Notes under the pieces: generated by a model
The model's input: the letters and a program-made list of their open reading frames with translations, nothing else
Told to the model about the DNA's origin: nothing
The model's database searches: none
Translations under genes and position numbers: made by a program
Assembly: GCA_009712185.1 (NCBI GenBank)
Contig: WASQ01000065.1
Coordinates: forward strand, 41,235-105,234
Direction: 5' to 3'
Length of the DNA: 64,000 nt
Source: Telmatospirillum sp.
Lineage (GTDB): Bacteria; Pseudomonadota; Alphaproteobacteria; Rhodospirillales; Magnetospirillaceae
Shown here: positions 59,539-64,000 of the stretch, piece after piece
How positions within the stretch are numbered: position 1 is the first letter of the stretch
Layout of the letters: each line of letters starts with the position of its first letter

Positions 59539-59859
59539 TTACCGGTCGATCTGCTCGCCGGACCGGCGAGCGACGCGGACCTTGGTGCCATCCTCAAGCG
59601 TCTTGAAGCCGACGCGGGTGGCCTTGCCCGACTTGGGGTCGATCAGAGCAACGTTTGACGCGTGAATGGCGCCTTCCTGCTTGACCAAACCGCCCTGGCT
59701 GGTCATGGAAGGCTTGGTGTGCTTGGTCAGCACATTGACGCCCCGGACCACAACCCTGTTCTCCTGCGGCAGAACCTTCAGAACTTCGCCCTGCTTGTCC
59801 TTGTCCTTGCCGGCGATCACGACAACCTGATCGCCCTTTTTCACCTTCGCGGCCATCAC
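59539..59859 (-). CDS. rplX: 50S ribosomal protein L24
   Basis: [22 protein letters not shown]. Confidence 0.95.
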   Translation of the reverse strand: MMAAKVKKGDQVVVIAGKDKDKQGEVLKVLPQENRVVVRGVNVLTKHTKPSMTSQGGLVKQEGAIHASNVALIDPKSGKATRVGFKTLEDGTKVRVARRSGEQIDR

Positions 59860-60224
59860 AACACCTCAGGCGCCAGGGAGATGATCTTCATGTACTTCTT
59901 CGCGCGGAGCTCACGGGTCACCGGGCCAAAGATGCGGGTGCCGATCGGCTCGCCCTGCTTGTTGATCAGCACGGCGGCGTTGCGGTCGAACCGGATGGCG
60001 GAGCCATCGGGCCGACGGATCTCCTTGGCGGTGCGCACGATCACAGCACGATGAACGTCGCCCTTCTTGACGCGACCCCTCGGGATCGCGTCCTTGATCG
60101 ACACGACGATCACATCGCCCACATTGGCGATGGTACGGTGTGAGCCGCCAAGGACCTTGATGCACTGCACCCGGCGGGCACCCGAATTATCGGCGACGTC
60201 CAGGTTGGTTTGCATCTGGATCAT
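59856..60224 (-). CDS. rplN: 50S ribosomal protein L14
   Basis: [28 protein letters not shown]. Confidence 0.98.
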   Translation of the reverse strand: MIQMQTNLDVADNSGARRVQCIKVLGGSHRTIANVGDVIVVSIKDAIPRGRVKKGDVHRAVIVRTAKEIRRPDGSAIRFDRNAAVLINKQGEPIGTRIFGPVTRELRAKKYMKIISLAPEVL

Positions 60225-60259
60225 ATGTTCTTCCTTTCGTTGACTTTACGGCCCGGAGC

Positions 60260-60505
60260 TTACGCCTGGGCCGCTTCGTCGGAGATTACCGTCCAGCTCT
60301 TGTTCTTCGAAATCGGGCGGCATTCCTGAATGCGCACGACGTCGCCGACCTTATAGCTGTTGGTCTCATCATGAGCGGAGTACTTTTTTGACCGCCGGAT
60401 GAATTTTTTATAAACGGGGTGCATCACGCGACGCTCGACACGGACCACAATGGTCTTGTCCATGGCGTCGGAGACCACCACGCCCTGCAGAATGCGCTTA
60501 GGCAT
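60260..60505 (-). CDS. rpsQ: 30S ribosomal protein S17
   Basis: [26 protein letters not shown]. Confidence 0.96.
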   Translation of the reverse strand: MPKRILQGVVVSDAMDKTIVVRVERRVMHPVYKKFIRRSKKYSAHDETNSYKVGDVVRIQECRPISKNKSWTVISDEAAQA

Positions 60506-60518
60506 CGTTACTCTCCTC

Positions 60519-60725
60519 TTACACCGCGGCGCGGGACTTTTCCCCGAGAATCGTCCGAATGGCCGCGATGTCGCGGCGCACCTGACGCACCCGGGCAGTA
60601 TTCTCCAGCTGGCCCGAGGCCTTCTGGAAACGCAGGTTGAACTGTTCTTTTTTCAGCTCGAGAAGCTGTTCGTTCAACTGGTCGGCAGTCTTCGCACGAA
60701 GATCGGCGGCAGTCGTCATCATCAA
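60519..60725 (-). CDS. rpmC: 50S ribosomal protein L29
   Basis: [26 protein letters not shown]. Confidence 0.95.
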   Translation of the reverse strand: MMMTTAADLRAKTADQLNEQLLELKKEQFNLRFQKASGQLENTARVRQVRRDIAAIRTILGEKSRAAV

Positions 60726-61141
60726 GCCTCCCCAGCCAGGCGCTGCACGAACTTGGTCTTGATCGGCAGCTTCGCGGCTGCCAGGGCAAAGCCCTGACGC
60801 GCGATATCTTCAGCCACGCCGTCAACCTCGAAGAGGATGCGGCCCGGCGCCACGCGCGCGGTCCAGTATTCCGGCGCACCCTTACCGGAGCCCATACGGA
60901 CTTCGGCGGGCTTGGTCGACACGGGCAGGTCCGGGAAAATCCGGATCCACACGCGTCCCTGACGCTTCATATGGCGGGTCAGCGCACGGCGGGCCGCCTC
61001 GATCTGGCGCGCCGTCAGGCGCTCCGGCTCGAGGGCCTTGAGGCCGAAGGCGCCGAAGTTCAATTCAAATCCGCCCTTCGCCAGGCCGTGGATACGGCCC
61101 TTGTGCGCCTTGCGGAATTTGGTGCGTTTCGGACTAAGCAT
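60722..61141 (-). CDS. rplP: 50S ribosomal protein L16
   Basis: [19 protein letters not shown]. Confidence 0.98.
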   Translation of the reverse strand: MLSPKRTKFRKAHKGRIHGLAKGGFELNFGAFGLKALEPERLTARQIEAARRALTRHMKRQGRVWIRIFPDLPVSTKPAEVRMGSGKGAPEYWTARVAPGRILFEVDGVAEDIARQGFALAAAKLPIKTKFVQRLAGEA

Positions 61142-61164
61142 TTCCGGTCACGTCCAATCTTATG

Positions 61165-61863
61165 TTAGCGCCCAGCGCCTTCGCGGGTCGGCGCGGGTTG
61201 GGCCTCAAGGGCGCGCTTGTCCTGGGCCATCGGGTCATGGGCCATGATCTCGCCCTTGAACACCCACACCTTGACACCGCAGGTGCCGTAAGTGGTCTTC
61301 GCGGTCGCCACGCCGTAGTCGACGTCGGCGCGCAGGGTGTGAAGCGGCACACGGCCTTCACGGTACCATTCCATGCGGGCGATCTCGGCGCCGCCGAGAC
61401 GGCCGGAGCAGTTGATCCGGATGCCCTGGGCGCCAAGACGCATCGCCGACTGAACGGCCCGCTTCATGGCGCGACGGAATGCCACGCGGCGCTCCAACTG
61501 CTGGGCGATGTTCTCGGCGACGAGCTGCGCATCGAGCTCCGGCTTGCGGATCTCGATGATGTTGAGGTGCACCTCGTTACCGGTCATCTTGGACAGCGAC
61601 TTGCGCAGAACCTCAATGTCGGCGCCCTTCTTGCCGATCACCACGCCCGGACGGGCGGTGTGGATCGTCACGCGGGCCTTCTTGGCCGGCCGCTCGATCA
61701 CGACGCGCGAAACGCCGGCCTGAGCCAGCTTTCCGTGCAGATAGTCGCGCAGCTTCAGGTCCTCGTGCAGCATCTTGGCGTAATCGTCGTCGGCGTACCA
61801 CCGGGAATCCCAGGTCCGGTTGATGCCGAGGCGCAGCCCGATCGGATTGACTTTCTGACCCAT
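61165..61863 (-). CDS. rpsC: 30S ribosomal protein S3
   Basis: [24 protein letters not shown]. Confidence 0.98.
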   Translation of the reverse strand: MGQKVNPIGLRLGINRTWDSRWYADDDYAKMLHEDLKLRDYLHGKLAQAGVSRVVIERPAKKARVTIHTARPGVVIGKKGADIEVLRKSLSKMTGNEVHLNIIEIRKPELDAQLVAENIAQQLERRVAFRRAMKRAVQSAMRLGAQGIRINCSGRLGGAEIARMEWYREGRVPLHTLRADVDYGVATAKTTYGTCGVKVWVFKGEIMAHDPMAQDKRALEAQPAPTREGAGR

Positions 61864-62258
61864 TACGCCTTCTCCTCGCCAACGCTGTCCTCGCGTTCGC
61901 GGACAATCACCGTCAGATTGCTGAACGGCTTCTGGATGTGACCGACGCGACCGCGGGCACGGGCGCTGAAGCGCTTCATCACCATGGCCTTGCCGACAAA
62001 CGCCTCGGCGACGACCAGCTTGTCGACGTCGAGCTGATGGTTGTTTTCCGCGTTGGCGATCGCCGACTGCAGCACCTTCTTCACATCCTGCGCGATGCGG
62101 CGCCGGGAAAAGGTGAGCTGGGCCAGGGCCGCCTCGGCCTTCAAGCCGCGGATGGACTGAGCCACCAGGTTCAGTTTCCGCGGGCTGGTGCGGATGGTGG
62201 CGGCGAAGGCCTGAGCCTCAGTGTCCGCCAGATCGCGCGGAGCAGTTTTCTTGCCCAT
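61863..62258 (-). CDS. rplV: 50S ribosomal protein L22
   Basis: [32 protein letters not shown]; ATG at 62258. Confidence 0.95.
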   Translation of the reverse strand: MGKKTAPRDLADTEAQAFAATIRTSPRKLNLVAQSIRGLKAEAALAQLTFSRRRIAQDVKKVLQSAIANAENNHQLDVDKLVVAEAFVGKAMVMKRFSARARGRVGHIQKPFSNLTVIVREREDSVGEEKA

Positions 62259-62262
62259 GGCC

Positions 62263-62541
62263 TTACTTCCTCTTCGCCTTTTTGTCCACGGCATGGCCGT
62301 AGTAGGTCCGGGTCGGCGAGAACTCGCCGAACTTATGGCCGACCATGTTCTCCGTGACCAGCACCGGAATGTACTTCTGGCCGTTGTGCACGCCAAAAGT
62401 CAGACCGACGAACTGCGGAAGAATCGTCGAACGCCGCGACCAGATCTTGATAACTTCATTGCGCCCCGACGACCGCGCCTTCTCAGCCTTCTTGAGAAGG
62501 AAGCCGTCGACGAAGGGACCTTTCCAAACGGAACGAGCCAC
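62263..62541 (-). CDS. rpsS: 30S ribosomal protein S19
   Basis: [18 protein letters not shown]. Confidence 0.98.
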   Translation of the reverse strand: MARSVWKGPFVDGFLLKKAEKARSSGRNEVIKIWSRRSTILPQFVGLTFGVHNGQKYIPVLVTENMVGHKFGEFSPTRTYYGHAVDKKAKRK

Positions 62542-62552
62542 TCGTCCCTCCT

Positions 62553-63383
62553 TTACTTAGTCTGCTGGCGACGGCGCATGATCAGCTTATCCGTCTTCTT
62601 GTTGTTCCGAGTCTTCTTACCCTTGGTCGGTTTGCCCCAGGGAGTGACCGGATGACGGCCGCCGGAGGTGCGACCCTCACCACCACCATGGGGGTGATCG
62701 ACCGGGTTCATCGCCACGCCGCGAACGTGCGGACGCCGGCCCAGCCAACGGGAACGCCCGGCCTTGCCGAGGTTGACGTTCTGCTGGTCGGGGTTGGACA
62801 CCGCGCCGATGGTCGCGATGCATTCCCCGCGAACCATGCGCAGCTCACCCGAGGCGAGACGGAGCTGGGCGTAACCCTGATCCTTGCCCACGAGCTGCAC
62901 ATAGGTCCCGGCGGCGCGGGCAAGCTGCCCGCCCTTGCCGGCCTTCATCTCCACATTGTGGACGATGGTGCCGACCGGGATGTTCTTCAGCGGCAGCGCA
63001 TTGCCGGGCTTGATATCGGCTTTCGCGCCAGAGACCACCTGATCGCCAACGGCAAGCCGCTGCGGCGCCAGGATGTAGGAGAGCTGGCCGTCCTCATAAC
63101 GCACCAGGGCGATGAACGCCGACCGGTTGGGATCGTACTCGATCCGCTCGACGGTGGCGGGAACATCGAACTTGTTGCGCTTGAAGTCCACCAGACGGTA
63201 GCGGCGCTTATGCCCGCCACCACGGAACCGGACGGTGACCCGGCCGGCGCTGTTGCGCCCGCCCTGGGACCGAAGGCCCTCGGTCAACGACTTCTCAGGC
63301 TTGCCCTTCCAAAGATCGGAACGATCGACGATGACCAGCTGTCGCTGGCCGGGCGTCGTCGGCTTGAAACTCTTGAGCGACAT
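62553..63383 (-). CDS. rplB: 50S ribosomal protein L2
   Basis: [17 protein letters not shown]...HPHGGGEG. Confidence 0.98.
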   Translation of the reverse strand: MSLKSFKPTTPGQRQLVIVDRSDLWKGKPEKSLTEGLRSQGGRNSAGRVTVRFRGGGHKRRYRLVDFKRNKFDVPATVERIEYDPNRSAFIALVRYEDGQLSYILAPQRLAVGDQVVSGAKADIKPGNALPLKNIPVGTIVHNVEMKAGKGGQLARAAGTYVQLVGKDQGYAQLRLASGELRMVRGECIATIGAVSNPDQQNVNLGKAGRSRWLGRRPHVRGVAMNPVDHPHGGGEGRTSGGRHPVTPWGKPTKGKKTRNNKKTDKLIMRRRQQTK

Positions 63384-63387
63384 AGCG

Positions 63388-63696
63388 TCAGACCCCCGTC
63401 GTCACGTCGATCGACTGGCCTTCGGCCAGGGATACGATCGCTTTCTTGTAGTCGCTGCGCTTGCCGACGAAACCACGGAACCGCTTGGTCTTGCCGAGCT
63501 GACGCAGGGTGTTGACGGCCTTCACCTTGACATTGAACACGGCCTCGACCGCCGCAGCGATTTCGCCCTTGGAGGCGTCGAGCGGCACCCGGAAGGTGAC
63601 CTGATTGTGTTCAGAGGCGAGCGTGGCCTTTTCAGTGATCACCGGCGTACGCACGATGTCGTAGGCGCGGGCCTTGCTGATCTGAGCCGTTTTCAT
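63388..63696 (-). CDS. rplW: 50S ribosomal protein L23
   Basis: [14 protein letters not shown].... Confidence 0.96.
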   Translation of the reverse strand: MKTAQISKARAYDIVRTPVITEKATLASEHNQVTFRVPLDASKGEIAAAVEAVFNVKVKAVNTLRQLGKTKRFRGFVGKRSDYKKAIVSLAEGQSIDVTTGV

Positions 63697-64000
63697 TTCA
63701 GTCGCTCCTCCAGCGCCTGGACGGCGTCCCGCGTCAACACCAGAGTGTCACGACGAAGGATGTCGTAGACGTTGGCGCCCTGGCTGGGCAGCACGTCAAT
63801 GAAGGGAAGGTTGCGAGAGGCCAGAGCGAAATTCACATTCAGCTCCGTCCCGTCGATGAACAGGGCGTCCGACAGCTTCAGGTTCGCCAGAACCTGCGCC
63901 AGAGCCTTGGTCTTCGGAGTTTCGGCAACAGCCTTGTCGAGAACCACCAGCTTGCCGTCGGCGGCCTTCGAGGACAGGGCGACCTTCAGAGCGAGCGTGC
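63693..64000 (-). CDS. rplD: 50S ribosomal protein L4 (C-terminal part; gene continues beyond the window)
   Basis: The frame stays open to the window edge (...[21 protein letters not shown]...). It lies directly upstream of rplW. Confidence 0.93.
   Translation of the reverse strand, partial: TLALKVALSSKAADGKLVVLDKAVAETPKTKALAQVLANLKLSDALFIDGTELNVNFALASRNLPFIDVLPSQGANVYDILRRDTLVLTRDAVQALEERLK

Overview
This is a very GC-rich alphaproteobacterial chromosome segment. Protein similarities and operon layout suggest a Rhodospirillales/Acetobacteraceae-like organism, but that is inference and GC was not computed. Long antisense shadow ORFs are frequent in the six-frame track and were ignored.

Layout:
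- 0.2-1.9 kb: pyk and a stand-alone rpmJ, which is too short for the ORF track.
- 2.7-13.6 kb, minus strand: a DeoR-linked sugar-acid catabolic cluster. It contains an idonate-5-dehydrogenase-like ADH, two MFS carriers, a PfkB/DUF2090 fusion, mmsA/iolA, an iolC-like kinase and a class II aldolase.
- 13.7-17.0 kb: four translationally coupled genes. Two are paralogous TrbL/VirB6-like polytopic membrane proteins.
- 17.15-17.97 kb: a divergent VirB1/IagB-type lytic transglycosylase.
- 18.0-21.9 kb: an RNase J-family MBL protein coupled to a 742-aa membrane-anchored proline-rich protein.
- 22-27.9 kb: housekeeping genes (IscX-like, pepF, acyl-CoA synthetase, methyltransferase, MarC).
- 27.9-35.7 kb, all minus strand: Rieske, His-rich 4-TM protein, ApbE, FMN-binding protein, chorismatase-like protein, Tat-exported Dyp/EfeB peroxidase, NHL beta-propeller and OprB porin.
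- 36.2-50.9 kb: tRNA-Leu(GAG), lipB, an MFS pseudogene, acyP, pccA/pccB, ATP12, asmA, a HAD hydrolase, rluC-like, rarA and degP-like.
- 51.0-64.0 kb, minus strand: the S10-spc-alpha ribosomal super-operon, from rplD (partial at the window edge) to rplQ, including secY, adk and rpoA.

Most unusual regions:
- The orphan TrbL/VirB6-like cassette with its neighbouring transglycosylase.
- The RNase J-like gene coupled to the proline-rich membrane protein.
- The catabolic cluster that holds only the lower half of the inositol pathway.
- The periplasmic flavinylation and peroxidase gene string.

No CRISPR array, transposase, integrase or rRNA was seen.
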